Source: Mycobacteriales bacterium (GTDB lineage: Bacteria; Actinomycetota; Actinomycetes; Mycobacteriales; JACQDL01). Taken from it: a stretch of 64,000 nt of DNA. The stretch is taken from the NCBI GenBank assembly GCA_035476575.1, contig DATILL010000065.1, positions 49,149-113,148 on the forward strand. Reading direction: 5' to 3'. Positions 42,032 to 52,149 of this stretch are shown piece by piece (the first letter of the stretch is position 1; the number at the start of each line of letters is the position of its first letter). A model generated the notes under the pieces. It did not search any database. It was not told where the DNA came from and saw nothing but the letters and a program-made list of their open reading frames with translations. The position numbers were made by a program, and so were the translations under genes.

Positions 42032-44020
42032 GTGACCCGGAGCAGCCGACGTCCCCAGCAGCGCGAGCCGGCGCCGGCGCTGCCGGTGGCCCGGGTCTGC
42101 GTGGACCTGCCGCTGCCGCACCTGGACCGGCCGTTCGACTACCTGGTCCCGGCCGAGGCGGCGAGCTCGGTGTGCCGGGGCTCGCGGGTGCGGGTGCGGT
42201 TCGCCGGGAAGCTGGTGGACGCGATCGTGCTGGACCGGGTGGCGGAGTCCGAACATCCCGGCACGCTGGCCTTCATCGAGCGGGCCATCTCGGCCGAGCC
42301 GGTGCTGGCCGAGGAGATCGCCCGGCTGGCCCGGGCGGTCGCAGACCGGTGGGCCGGCCCGCTGTCGGACGTGCTCCGGCTGGCCATCCCGCCCCGGCAC
42401 GCCCGGGTCGAGGCCGGTCCGGCGGGCGAGCCGGCCCGGCCGGTCGCCCCGCCGCCGGGTGAGGGCTGGGCGCGGTACCGGGCCGGCGGCACCTTCCTGG
42501 CCGCGGTCGGGGCCGGCCGGGTGGCCCGCGCGGTCTGGCAGGCGCTGCCCGGCGAGGACTGGCCGGCCCGGCTGGCCGAGGCGGCCCAGGCCGCCCTGGC
42601 CGCGGGCCGCGGTGCGGTCGTGGTGGTGCCCGACCGCCGTGACCTGGACCGGGTGGACGCCGCGCTCGGTGCCGCGCTGGGCCCCGGGCGGCACGTCGCG
42701 CTGTCCGCCGACCTCGGTCCGGCCGAGCGGTACCGGCGCTGGCTGGCGGTCCGTCGGGGCGAGGTCCGGGTGGCGGCCGGTACCCGGGCGGCGGCGTTCG
42801 CCCCGGTGGCCGACCTCGGCCTGGTAGCCATCTGGGACGACGGCGACGACCTGCACGCCGAGCCGCGGGCGCCGTACCCGCACACCCGCGACCTGCTCGT
42901 GCTGCGCGCCCACCTGGCCGGTGCCGCGCTGCTGGCCGGCGGCTTCGCCCGGACCGCTGAGGCCGAGCTGCTGGTCCAGTCCGGCTGGGCCAGGCAGGTC
43001 GTGGCCGAGCGGGCGGAGGTGCGGCGGGCGGCCCCGCGGGTGGTCCCGGTGGGCGACGACACCCAGCAGCGGCGGGACCCGGCGGCGACGGCGGCCCGGC
43101 TGCCGTCGCTGGCGTTTCAGGCCGGCCGGGAGGCGCTGGCCGCCGGCCGGCCGGTGCTGGTGCAGGTCCCGCGGCGCGGCTACCTGCCGGTGCTGGCGTG
43201 CAACCGCTGCCGGGCGGTGGCGCGCTGCGGACACTGCGCCGGGCCGCTCGGCGTCGCCTCCGGCCATGCCATGCCGGCCTGCCGGTGGTGTGGCCGACCG
43301 GCTGGTGACTGGCACTGCCCGGTGTGCGGTGACCGGCGCTTCCGGGCCGTCGTGGTCGGGTCGAGCCGGACGGCGGAGGAGCTCGGCCGGGCCTTTCCCG
43401 GCGTGCCGCTGCGGGTGTCGGGGGGCGACCGGGTGCTCGCGGCGGTGCCGGCCGAGGCCGCGCTGGTGGTCGCCACACCGGGGGCCGAGCCGGTCGCCGC
43501 CGGTGGGTACGGCGCCGCGCTGCTGCTGGACGGCTGGGCGCTGCTCACCCGTCCGGACCTGCGGGCCGCCGAGGAGACGCTGCGCCGGTGGTGTGCCGCG
43601 GCCGCACTGGTCCGCCCGGCGGCCGACGGCGGCACGGTGGTGGTCGGCGCGGACTCTGGGCTGGCCGTGGTGCAGGCGTTGGTGCGGTGGGATCCGGCCT
43701 GGCACGCCGGCCGCGAGCTGGCCGAGCGCACCGGGCTGGGCTTCCCGCCAGCGTGCCGGATGGCCTCGCTGACCGGGCCGGCGGACGCGGTCGCCGAGCT
43801 GGCCGCCCTGGCCCGGCTGCCGGCGTCGGCCGAGCTGCTCGGCCCGGTGCCAGCCGGGCATCCCGGCGTGGAGGCCGATGCCGAGCGGCTGCTGGTCCGG
43901 GTGCCAAGGAGCGAGGGTGCTGCCCTGGCCGGCGTACTGTTCGAGGCGACCGCCGTGCGCAGCGCGCGCAAGGCGCCCGGCCCGGTGCGGGTGCAGCTCG
44001 ACCCCGCCGAGCTCTTCTGA
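42032..44020 (+). CDS. priA: Primosomal protein N' (replication restart helicase PriA)
   Basis: 662-aa ORF. The N-terminus is VARVCVDLPLPHLDRPFDYLVP. The Cys-rich zinc region is CNRCRAVARCGHCAGPL..CRWCG..CPVCG. Confidence 0.85.
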   Translation: MTRSSRRPQQREPAPALPVARVCVDLPLPHLDRPFDYLVPAEAASSVCRGSRVRVRFAGKLVDAIVLDRVAESEHPGTLAFIERAISAEPVLAEEIARLARAVADRWAGPLSDVLRLAIPPRHARVEAGPAGEPARPVAPPPGEGWARYRAGGTFLAAVGAGRVARAVWQALPGEDWPARLAEAAQAALAAGRGAVVVVPDRRDLDRVDAALGAALGPGRHVALSADLGPAERYRRWLAVRRGEVRVAAGTRAAAFAPVADLGLVAIWDDGDDLHAEPRAPYPHTRDLLVLRAHLAGAALLAGGFARTAEAELLVQSGWARQVVAERAEVRRAAPRVVPVGDDTQQRRDPAATAARLPSLAFQAGREALAAGRPVLVQVPRRGYLPVLACNRCRAVARCGHCAGPLGVASGHAMPACRWCGRPAGDWHCPVCGDRRFRAVVVGSSRTAEELGRAFPGVPLRVSGGDRVLAAVPAEAALVVATPGAEPVAAGGYGAALLLDGWALLTRPDLRAAEETLRRWCAAAALVRPAADGGTVVVGADSGLAVVQALVRWDPAWHAGRELAERTGLGFPPACRMASLTGPADAVAELAALARLPASAELLGPVPAGHPGVEADAERLLVRVPRSEGAALAGVLFEATAVRSARKAPGPVRVQLDPAELF

Positions 44021-44088
44021 GCCGGCCTTTCTCAGCCGGGAAGCCGGGGCCGTAAACCAGGCGGTACGCCCCACCGTCATGACAACAG

Positions 44089-44117
44089 TGGTCACCACAA
44101 CGCCGAGTGGTCACCTC
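44089..44117. repeat. Isolated doublet of the GGTSACCACA site (19-bp spacing)
   Basis: GGTCACCACAACGCC lies at 44089-44103, and the degenerate GGTCACCTCA lies at 44108-44117. The region is intergenic between priA and the DUF4232 gene. Confidence 0.6.
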
Positions 44118-44188
44118 AATGAATGTCCAGCGACAGTGGACCGACGGCAGCGCGCCGGGTCCCGACAACCACGATCTAGGTGATCTCC

Positions 44189-44806
44189 ATGACGACACGA
44201 GCCGTCCTGCCCCTGCTGCTCACCGCCACCGTCGTCGCGCTGGCGGGCTGCGCGCGGGAGGCCACCCCAGCCAGCCAGCCCGGTCCGGGAGGTACAACGA
44301 CCGGGCCGGCGACCAGCACGACCGCGGGCCCGACCCCGACCGGCACGCCCACGGCAGCGCCCACGACGCCGGCCGCCGGAACCCGCTGCCACACCGGTGA
44401 CCTGGCCATTCGGCTGGTGGCCGGCTCGCCCGGCGCCGGCCAGCGGTACGCCTCGATCGTGCTGACCAACACCACCGCGCGCACCTGCACGATCTACGGC
44501 TACGGCGGCCTGGTGCTGCTCGACCCGGCCAGGCATGAGCTGCCGACCAGGGTGCTCCGCGACCCGACCGCCCCGCCCCGGACCGTCGTCCTGCGGTCGG
44601 GCCAGCAGGCCGCGTCGCAGTTGCACTGGACCGTGGTGCCCGATGCCCACGAGCCGACCACCGGCCCGTGCGAGCCGACCCCAGCGTACCTGCGGGTGAT
44701 CCCGCCGGACGAGCGGACCAGCCTGACCACGCCCTGGCCGTACGGCCCGGTCTGCCAGCACGGCAAGATCACCCAGGGGGCCTACCGCCCCGGCTCGGGC
44801 GAGTAA
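44189..44806 (+). CDS. DUF4232-like secreted lipoprotein
   Basis: A signal peptide with lipobox LLLTATVVALAGC is followed by a Pro/Thr/Gly linker. The conserved Cys pattern is CHTGDL..TNTTARTCTIYGYGG..GPCEP..GPVC. Confidence 0.65.
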   Translation: MTTRAVLPLLLTATVVALAGCAREATPASQPGPGGTTTGPATSTTAGPTPTGTPTAAPTTPAAGTRCHTGDLAIRLVAGSPGAGQRYASIVLTNTTARTCTIYGYGGLVLLDPARHELPTRVLRDPTAPPRTVVLRSGQQAASQLHWTVVPDAHEPTTGPCEPTPAYLRVIPPDERTSLTTPWPYGPVCQHGKITQGAYRPGSGE

Positions 44807-44918
44807 CGGAGGCCTGGAGATCCCCGCGAGGGTGTCTGGTCGACGGCGTTCATTCACCTCCCGGACAGGTGAACCGAGCAGGGTGGCCCGCAACGTGGCC
44901 ACCACCGGGGAGTGCAAG

Positions 44919-46322
44919 ATGCCGCTGTCTCGTCGTGACTTTCTGAACCGCTCCGCCGTCGGCGCTGGCGTGCTGCTGGTCGGCAGCACCGCGATGCTCG
45001 GCACCGCGCCCAACTCGGCCGGTGCCGGGCTCGCAGCCGGCGCGGGGGATGGCGGCCCGCTTGGCTACGGACCGCTGGTGGACGACCCAGCCGGCCGGCT
45101 CGCACTGCCGAGCGGGTTCAGCTACTCGATCGTCACCCAGGCGGGCGTGACGACGTTGGAGTCCGGCGAGCCCACCCCGTCCAACCACGACGGGGCCGGA
45201 GCGTTCCGGTCTCCGCACGGCGGCACCGTGCTGGTCTACAACCACGAGCTCCGGGAGCCGCTGGGCGCCGTGCCGTTCCCGGTCCCGCACCTGGACGGCC
45301 TGGTCTACGACCCGGGCGCGGCGGGCGGCTGCACCGTCGTGGAGACCGACCACCACGGGCACCGGATCCGCGAGCACGTCGGCGTGGCCGGCACCTCGAC
45401 CAACTGCGCCGGCGGGGTCACGCCGTGGGGCACCTGGCTGACCTGCGAGGAGACCGAGGCGCTGGCCGGGCAGGGCGGCATGACCAAGGACCACGGGTAC
45501 GTCTTCGAGGTCCACCCGCACGACCGGCGGGCCAACCGCGACCCCAAGCCGATCAAGGCACTGGGCCGCTACGCGCACGAGGCCCTCGCCATCGACCCGG
45601 TGCGCGGGCACTTCTACCTCACCGAGGACGCCGCCGGGCCGAACGGCCTGCTCTACCGGTGGACGCCGCCGCGTGGGCTGCGGGCCGGTGCCGGCGGGCT
45701 ACGGCACCTGGCCGACGACGCCGGCGTCCTGGCCGCGATGAAGGCGCACGACGGCAGCGGCGCGCACGTGGACGACCTGGCCCGCGCCACCGAGGTCGGC
45801 ACGACCTACGGCGTCGAGTGGGTGCCGGTCCCGGAGCGGGACGCCCGGACCGCGTCCACCCGCAAGCAGTTCGCCGACTCCGGCATCACCCGCGGCCGCA
45901 AGCTGGAGGGCATCTGGTGGGGTGACCACGGCGCGTACGTGGTGACCAGCTTCGCCCGCTCCGAGAGCCCGGTCCCGCACGACGGCCAGGTGTGGTTCTA
46001 CGACCCGCGCCGGGCCACGCTGACGCTGCGGCTGCGGTTCGGCGTGAACCCCACGCCCGCCGTCGACGGCCCCTTCGACGGTCCCGACAACATCACCGTG
46101 TCGCCGTACGGCGGGGTTCTGCTGGCCGAGGACGGCGTGGGCGTGCAGCACCTGGTCGGGGTCACCGACGGCGGCGAGCCCTACCCGCTGGCGCGCAACG
46201 ACGTCGACGACAACGAGTTCGCCGGGCCGGTGTTCTCGCCGAGCAAGCGGATCCTGTTCGTCAGCCTGCAGACCCCGGGCACCCTGTTCGCGATCACCGG
46301 ACCCTGGCGGCACCACCCGTAG
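44919..46322 (+). CDS. PhoX-like (DUF839) secreted phosphatase with a Tat signal
   Basis: The twin-arginine signal is MPLSRRDFLNRSAVGAGVLLVGS. The NCAGGVTPWGTWLTCEE block is typical of the PhoX/DUF839 family. Confidence 0.7.
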   Translation: MPLSRRDFLNRSAVGAGVLLVGSTAMLGTAPNSAGAGLAAGAGDGGPLGYGPLVDDPAGRLALPSGFSYSIVTQAGVTTLESGEPTPSNHDGAGAFRSPHGGTVLVYNHELREPLGAVPFPVPHLDGLVYDPGAAGGCTVVETDHHGHRIREHVGVAGTSTNCAGGVTPWGTWLTCEETEALAGQGGMTKDHGYVFEVHPHDRRANRDPKPIKALGRYAHEALAIDPVRGHFYLTEDAAGPNGLLYRWTPPRGLRAGAGGLRHLADDAGVLAAMKAHDGSGAHVDDLARATEVGTTYGVEWVPVPERDARTASTRKQFADSGITRGRKLEGIWWGDHGAYVVTSFARSESPVPHDGQVWFYDPRRATLTLRLRFGVNPTPAVDGPFDGPDNITVSPYGGVLLAEDGVGVQHLVGVTDGGEPYPLARNDVDDNEFAGPVFSPSKRILFVSLQTPGTLFAITGPWRHHP

Positions 46323-46426
46323 AGCCGGATGCCGACCGGCCGGCATCCGGCCCGACCGGCGGTTACCATCCCTGCGGCGTCCTTAGACTGGCATGGCCTA
46401 CCGTTGCCGCCGAAGGAGTCGACCAC

Positions 46427-46978
46427 GTGGCCGTCCAGACCATCCGCACGTTCGGCGATCCGGTGCTGCGCATCCCCGCCGAGCCGGTCCGCGACTTCGA
46501 CAAGGAGCTGCGGGTCCTGGTCGACGACCTGTTCGAGACCATGATCGAGGCACCCGGTGCCGGGCTGGCCGCGCCCCAGATCGGCGTCAGCCTGCGGGTG
46601 TTCACCTACGCCCTGGACGACGAGGAGTACGGTCACCTGATCAACCCGGTCCTGTCCTTCCCTGATGCCGAGGAGCAGTACGGGCCGGAGGGCTGCCTGT
46701 CGCTGCCGGGGCTGAGCTTCGACTGCGTCCGCCGGATGAACGTCATCGCCACCGGCTTCACCATGTACGGGGAGCCGATCACGGTCACCGGCAGCGACCT
46801 GCTGGCCCGCTGCATCCAGCACGAGACCGACCACCTGGACGGCGTGCTGTTCATCGACCGGCTGGACGCGGAGACGAAGAAGGCGGCGATGCGGGCCATC
46901 CGCGAGGCGGAGTGGGCCGGGGAGCCACCGCCGGTGGTCAAGCCGAGCCCGCACCGGCTGTTCGGGCGGCCGCTCTGA
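46427..46978 (+). CDS. def: Peptide deformylase
   Basis: GTG 46427 follows GAAGGAG. Motifs are [16 protein letters not shown] and QHETDHLDG. Confidence 0.9.
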   Translation: MAVQTIRTFGDPVLRIPAEPVRDFDKELRVLVDDLFETMIEAPGAGLAAPQIGVSLRVFTYALDDEEYGHLINPVLSFPDAEEQYGPEGCLSLPGLSFDCVRRMNVIATGFTMYGEPITVTGSDLLARCIQHETDHLDGVLFIDRLDAETKKAAMRAIREAEWAGEPPPVVKPSPHRLFGRPL

Positions 46979-47910
46979 GACTCGTCTTCGCCGGTACGCC
47001 GCGGGTCGCTCTCGCCTCGCTCACGGCACTGCTTGGCTCCCGGCACGAGGTGGTCGCGGTGGTGACCCGCCCGGACGCGCCTGCTGGCCGGGGGCGGCGG
47101 GTGGCCGCGTCCCCGGTCGCCGCACTGGCCCGGGCCAACGGCATCGAGGTGCTCAGCCCGGTCCGGCCGCGCGAGCCGGAGTTCCTCGCGAGGCTGGCCG
47201 AGCTGGCGCCGGACTGCTGCCCGGTGGTCGCATACGGCGCGCTGCTGCCCAAGGCCGCGCTGGGCATCCCACCGCACGGCTGGGTCAACCTGCACTTCAG
47301 CCTGCTCCCGGCGTGGCGTGGCGCGGCCCCGGTGCCGGCTGCCATCTGGCACGGCGACGAGATCACCGGGGCGACCACGTTCGAGATCGAGGAGAGCCTC
47401 GACTCCGGCCCGGTGTACGGCGTCGTGACCGAGCCGATCCGGCCCACCGACACCGCGGGCGACCTGCTTGACCGGCTGTCGGCTGCCGGGGCCGGCCTGC
47501 TCGCGGCCACCATGAACGGCATCGCCGACGGCATCCTCACGCCACGCCCGCAGCCGGCCGCGGGCGTGTCGCTGGCCCCCAAGATCACCGTCGAGGACGC
47601 CCGGGTGGACTTCGCCCTGCCGGCGTTCGCGGTGGACCGCCGGATCCGGGCCTGCACGCCGAGCCCGGGAGCCTGGACGACGTTCCGCGGTGACCGGCTC
47701 AAGCTCGGCCCGGTGCGGCCGGTCGCGGACCCGGGCTTGGACGTGGACCTGCCGCCCGGCACGATCCTGGTCGAACGGCGCCGGGTGCTGGCCGGCACCG
47801 CGGCCGGCGCGGTCGAGCTGGGCCAGGTGCAGCCACCGGGTCGCCGGCCGGCGCCGGCCCCCGACTGGGCCCGCGGGGCACGGCCGGAGCCGGGGGAGCG
47901 CCTTGGCTGA
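46912..47910 (+). CDS. fmt: Methionyl-tRNA formyltransferase
   Basis: RLVFAGTP and [16 protein letters not shown] motifs are present. The start is uncertain. ATG 46912 overlaps def by 67 nt, and the conserved core begins at about 46972, where only a CTG codon is available. Confidence 0.85.
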   Translation: MGRGATAGGQAEPAPAVRAAALRLVFAGTPRVALASLTALLGSRHEVVAVVTRPDAPAGRGRRVAASPVAALARANGIEVLSPVRPREPEFLARLAELAPDCCPVVAYGALLPKAALGIPPHGWVNLHFSLLPAWRGAAPVPAAIWHGDEITGATTFEIEESLDSGPVYGVVTEPIRPTDTAGDLLDRLSAAGAGLLAATMNGIADGILTPRPQPAAGVSLAPKITVEDARVDFALPAFAVDRRIRACTPSPGAWTTFRGDRLKLGPVRPVADPGLDVDLPPGTILVERRRVLAGTAAGAVELGQVQPPGRRPAPAPDWARGARPEPGERLG

Positions 47911-47917
47911 GGGCCGG

Positions 47918-49300
47918 ATGCCCGCGGGCCGGGTGGTCGTGGACCCGGCCCGGGGCGCCGCCGTCGACGTGCTGCGCGCGGTGACCGACCGGGGCGCGTA
48001 CGCCAACCTGCTGCTGCCCAGCCTGCTCGCCGAGCGCCGGATCGCCGGCCGGGACGCCGACTTCGCCACCGAGCTGACCTACGGCACGCTCCGGGTCCGG
48101 GGCACTCTGGACGCGGTCATCGAGGCCTGCGCCGGCCGCCCGCTAGCCGCCGTCGACCCACCGGTGCTGGACCTGCTCCGGCTCGGCGCCTACCAGATCC
48201 TGTACCTGCGCACCCCCGACTACGCCGCGGTGTCCGCCACGGTGGACGACGCCAAGAGCCGGGTCGGCGCCCGGGTCGGCGGGTTCGTCAACGCCGTGCT
48301 GCGCCGGGTCGCCGGCCAGGACCTGGCGGGCTGGGTCGCCGAGATCGGCCCGCCGTACGACGCTGACCCGGTTGGGCAGCTCGCGCTGCGGCACGCCCAC
48401 CCGGAGTGGGTGGTGGCGGCGTTCCGCGAGGCGCTCGGTGGCGACCTGGCCGAGACCGCCGCCGCGCTGGCGGCCGACAACGAGCGGCCGCTGGTGCACC
48501 TGGCCGCCCGGCCCGGCCGGATCACCCGGGACGAGCTGGTCACCGAGGCGGGCGGGGAGCCGGGGCCGTGGTCGCCGTACGCGGTCCGGCTGCCGCAGGG
48601 CGATCCCGGCAAGCTGCCGGCGATCCGCCGCGGGCTCGCCCACGTGCAGGACGAGGGCAGCCAGGTGGTCGCGCTGGCGCTGGCCGCTGTACCGCTGGAC
48701 CGGCCGAGCGGGCCAGGCGGGCCGGACCGGCCGGGCGAGACCTGGCTGGACCTGTGCGCCGGTCCGGGGGGCAAGGCCGCGCTGCTCGGCGCGCTGGCCG
48801 CCCCGCGGGGCGCCCGGCTGCTGGCGGTGGAACGCAACCCGCGGCGGACCGGGCTGGTGGCCGGGGCGGTCCGCGGCCTGCCGGTCCTCGCGGTGACCGC
48901 GGACGGGCTGGCCGCCCCGGTCCGGCCGGGGTCGGTCGACCGGGTGCTGGTGGACGCGCCGTGTACCGGGCTGGGCGCGCTGCGGCGCCGGCCGGAGGCG
49001 CGCTGGCGGCGGCAGCCGGCCGACATCCCGGCGCTGACCCGGCTGCAGCGCGGGCTGCTCACCGCCGCGCTGGCCGCGGTCCGGCCGGGCGGCGTGGTGG
49101 CCTACGTGACCTGCTCGCCGCACGTGGCCGAGACTCGTGCGGTGGTGGCCGAGGTGCTGCACCGCTCCGGCGGCGAGCAGCTCGACGCCCGCCCGTACCT
49201 GCCGCCGGATCTGCCCGACCTCGGCCCCGGCCCGGCCGTCCAGCTGTGGCCGCACCGGCACGGCACCGACGCGATGTTCCTCGCCCTGCTCCGCCGGTAG
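47918..49300 (+). CDS. rsmB: 16S rRNA (cytosine967-C5)-methyltransferase RsmB/Sun
   Basis: The NusB-like N-terminus is followed by DLCAGPGGK, VDAPCTGLGALRRRPE and VYVTCS motifs. Confidence 0.85.
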   Translation: MPAGRVVVDPARGAAVDVLRAVTDRGAYANLLLPSLLAERRIAGRDADFATELTYGTLRVRGTLDAVIEACAGRPLAAVDPPVLDLLRLGAYQILYLRTPDYAAVSATVDDAKSRVGARVGGFVNAVLRRVAGQDLAGWVAEIGPPYDADPVGQLALRHAHPEWVVAAFREALGGDLAETAAALAADNERPLVHLAARPGRITRDELVTEAGGEPGPWSPYAVRLPQGDPGKLPAIRRGLAHVQDEGSQVVALALAAVPLDRPSGPGGPDRPGETWLDLCAGPGGKAALLGALAAPRGARLLAVERNPRRTGLVAGAVRGLPVLAVTADGLAAPVRPGSVDRVLVDAPCTGLGALRRRPEARWRRQPADIPALTRLQRGLLTAALAAVRPGGVVAYVTCSPHVAETRAVVAEVLHRSGGEQLDARPYLPPDLPDLGPGPAVQLWPHRHGTDAMFLALLRR

Positions 49301-49344
49301 GCCGGGGACGCCGCCACGGTGGCCACGTCCCCGACCCGAGGGGG

Positions 49345-51084
49345 TCAGCGCCGGAACAGACCGCTGAAGTCTGCCACCGCGGCGTCCCGCGTGCCCAGCG
49401 GCGCCAGCCCGAACCGGTGCTCGATGGTCGCCAGGACCGACGTGGTGTCGTGAGCGATGTCATCGACGGTGAACGGCCGCGCCAACCGCGGCGAGATCAC
49501 CAGGCCCGGCACCCGGGTGCCGGGGCCCCACCGGTCGCTGATCCCCGGCACGTGCGACGGCGGCGGGACGTGGTCCCATGACCCGCCGAACTCGTCGTAG
49601 GTCACCACGATCATCGTGTCGGCGGCGTCCGGGCCTTCCTCGATGGCCTTGATCAGGTCCACCAGGTGGTCGCTGCCCAGGTGCTCGCTGGCGTAGCCGG
49701 GGTGCTCGTTCTCCAGCCCGATCGGCTTGACGATGCTCACCGGCCTGAGCTCGCCAGCCCGCGCGGCTGTGATGAGCTCGGCCTCGTCGCGCAGGTGGGC
49801 GGCGCGGGCCGCGGTGCCCGGTGCGTAGTTGGCGTAGTAGTTGAACGCCTGGTGGTGGTACTGGAACGTCGCGTTGGGGCAGTTCGGCCACACCGCGCCG
49901 GTCGCCGTCCGCGGGTCGCTGCAGGCGCCCGGCGTGCTGCCGTTCGTCCAGCCGGGCCCGCCCACGTCGCCGTCGGCGTTGGACCAGCCGCCGGAGTACC
50001 ATGCCCAGTCCACGCCGGCGGCGGACAGCCGGTCACCGATGGTGGGGGTGGTCAGCGGCGGGAGCCTGCGGGCTGCCGAGGTACCGGGCGCGTACGGCTG
50101 GTAGGGCGGCTGGATGGTGTTGACCGCGTAGTCGCCGCAGGTCGTGCGCGGCGGCGGGGTTGGCCCGTTGGCCGGTACGGCGCAGGACCCGTCTGGGTTG
50201 GCCGCCTGGGTCAGCGCCGCGTCCTTGGTGCCGGGCGTGGCCGGGTGCAGCGGGGTGCCGGCCGGGAGGCCGTCCGGTCCGACCACCGAGTGCAGGTCGT
50301 TCGGCCCGCCGTCGTGGACGGCGTTGGCGAAGACCGGCGGCTGCGCGGAGATCAGCCACTGGTGGTTCAGGAACGACCCACCGAACGTCCCCTGGAAGAG
50401 GTAGTCCGACACGGCGTAGTGGGGTGCGCCGGGTGAGTGCAGGTACCGGTAGATCGGCAGCGCGCGGGTGTCGTAGTACCCCATGGCCAGGCCGGCGGCG
50501 TCGCTGCCGGCGACGTAGCGGTCCATCCGGCCGCCGTGGATCTGGTACTGCTCGTTGTAGTAGCGGTGCACCATGTCACGGGTGCAGCCGCCCGGCTGGC
50601 CCTGGCCCTTGGCCATGCCGTTGGGGGCGAACACGCCGGGCGCCGGGCAGGTGGTGTCGGTGGGCGCGATGTGGTCGTCGATCCGGAACGGCACGTTTCG
50701 GAACGCCGACGACACCGGCTGGCCGGCGTTGGTGCCGGTGCACGTCACGGCCAGCGGCGGCGCGGTCAGGTTGACGTCGTTCTGCGGCAGGCAGGAGAGC
50801 GTGCTGCCGTCCGGCGCACGCTGCGTGTGCCGGGGGGTGTTGTCCGGGCCCGGCTCGTTGGCCAGCCCGTCGGTGGACTCCCACAGCCCGAACAGGTTGT
50901 CGTAGCTGTGGTTCTCCTCGTAGATCATCACGATGTGGTTGATGCCGGCGAGGCCAGCCGCGTGCCCGCCGGCTGTCTCGCGCGGGCTGGCTGCCGCACG
51001 GTGGTCACCTCCGGCGACCACCGTGGCGATCCCGAGCGCGGCGGCGGCAGCACCGGCCACCCGACGACGCAGCTGCACGTCCAC
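49345..51084 (-). CDS. Phosphoesterase-family protein (phospholipase C / acid phosphatase AcpA type), secreted
   Basis: GTG 51084 follows GGGAGGA. The signal VDVQLRRRVAGAAAAALGIATVVAGG is followed by INHIVMIYEENHSYDNLFG. The tracked ORF extends to 51423, but that extension lacks support. Confidence 0.75.
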   Translation of the reverse strand: MDVQLRRRVAGAAAAALGIATVVAGGDHRAAASPRETAGGHAAGLAGINHIVMIYEENHSYDNLFGLWESTDGLANEPGPDNTPRHTQRAPDGSTLSCLPQNDVNLTAPPLAVTCTGTNAGQPVSSAFRNVPFRIDDHIAPTDTTCPAPGVFAPNGMAKGQGQPGGCTRDMVHRYYNEQYQIHGGRMDRYVAGSDAAGLAMGYYDTRALPIYRYLHSPGAPHYAVSDYLFQGTFGGSFLNHQWLISAQPPVFANAVHDGGPNDLHSVVGPDGLPAGTPLHPATPGTKDAALTQAANPDGSCAVPANGPTPPPRTTCGDYAVNTIQPPYQPYAPGTSAARRLPPLTTPTIGDRLSAAGVDWAWYSGGWSNADGDVGGPGWTNGSTPGACSDPRTATGAVWPNCPNATFQYHHQAFNYYANYAPGTAARAAHLRDEAELITAARAGELRPVSIVKPIGLENEHPGYASEHLGSDHLVDLIKAIEEGPDAADTMIVVTYDEFGGSWDHVPPPSHVPGISDRWGPGTRVPGLVISPRLARPFTVDDIAHDTTSVLATIEHRFGLAPLGTRDAAVADFSGLFRR

Positions 51085-51247
51085 AGATCCTCCCGATCCT
51101 TCTGGTGCCGCGGCATGTCTCCGCGTTGTCGCAGCCTGGCCCCGACGGGGTGCCCTTGGGGAGCCCCCAAAGAACCGAATCGGAGAATTTCCGGTTACAG
51201 GCTGGTGAGTTCTCGAGGGCGGATAGTCCGATCGGACTACTAGACTG

Positions 51248-51575
51248 CGCGGGTGCAGGCACGCATCGCGCCCGCATCCTGGCCGCCGACTTCGCCTGTC
51301 TCGGCGCGCGGGCCGAGGCGGTGGCGAACGCCGACTGGCTGCATATCGACGTGATAGATCAACGATCCGGACCGGTGGGCGCCGCCATACGCCGAGCAGG
51401 GCGCCTGCAATGTCAGCTTCCACGTCGAGGCGGCGGCCGACCCGGTGCGGACGGCCAGGGCGATCCGCTCGGGCGATGCGCTGGCCGGCCTGGCGATCAA
51501 GCCGAAGACGCCGCTCGACCCCTATCTGGAACGGGTGTCGACATGTTCGTCGTCACTTCCATGATCGGGAGTTAG
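51248..51575 (+). pseudogene. rpe: Ribulose-phosphate 3-epimerase remnant (multiple frameshifts, internal deletions, 3' truncation)
   Basis: Fragments in three frames read RIAP / ILAADFACLGARAEAVANADWLHIDV.D / [43 protein letters not shown] / [12 protein letters not shown]. They are colinear with Rpe but cover only about 110 of about 220 residues. Confidence 0.7.
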
Positions 51576-51585
51576 ACCGAACGTC

Positions 51586-51996
51586 TTACAGTCCCGCCGA
51601 GTCGGAAAGGTCGAGTAGTTCGCGGCGCACTCGCCCGCTGGGCGTAGTCTCGCGTTCGTTCCACCCGACGACACCGAGCGTATCGCCGGCCTGATACAAC
51701 CCAATTCCCGCCACCGTATACGGCACGGTATTCTCCGGCAGCATGTCGAGCGGACACCATCCAATCTTCGCGCATTTGTGCGGCTCGGCGTTGACCGGCT
51801 CGCCCTGGCCGGCCGGGTTGCTGACGACGTGGAAGAAGAACCCGATACGGGCCTCCTCCGCTGGGTTGCGGTAGTGGACGGTGGACGTGAGCCGGACATC
51901 GGCGTAGCCGGTGCCCTCCCGCAGGGCCAGCAGCACTTGGTCGCCCCGGGTGAGGATGAGCAGGACATCGACAACGCTGGCGTAGGGCTCCAGCAT
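51586..51996 (-). pseudogene. Nudix-hydrolase-like gene lacking the Nudix box (degenerate)
   Basis: The flanking Nudix-fold segments VVDVLLILTRGDQVLLALREGTGYADV and EPVNAEPHKCAKIGWCPLDMLPENTVPY are present. The GX5EX7REUXEEXGU box between them is absent. Confidence 0.45.
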
Positions 51997-52149
51997 GGCC
52001 GCGCAGCCTAGCCGCTGGCTGCCTCCAGTCGCGGACTAACCCGCCGGGCTACCCAGGCAACCCGGCGCCCAGGCGCGGCAGCACTGCGCCATAGCGTCAA
52101 GGACGGGTCCGGTTTGGGGGTCGGCTGAGGGGTCGAGGACGAGCCGGGC

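Noticed and set aside
49345-51423. The 692-aa version of the phosphoesterase ORF.
   Set aside because: The first 113 codons are Arg/Pro-rich and run over the rpe remnant region. GTG 51084 has a GGGAGGA RBS and is directly followed by a signal peptide.
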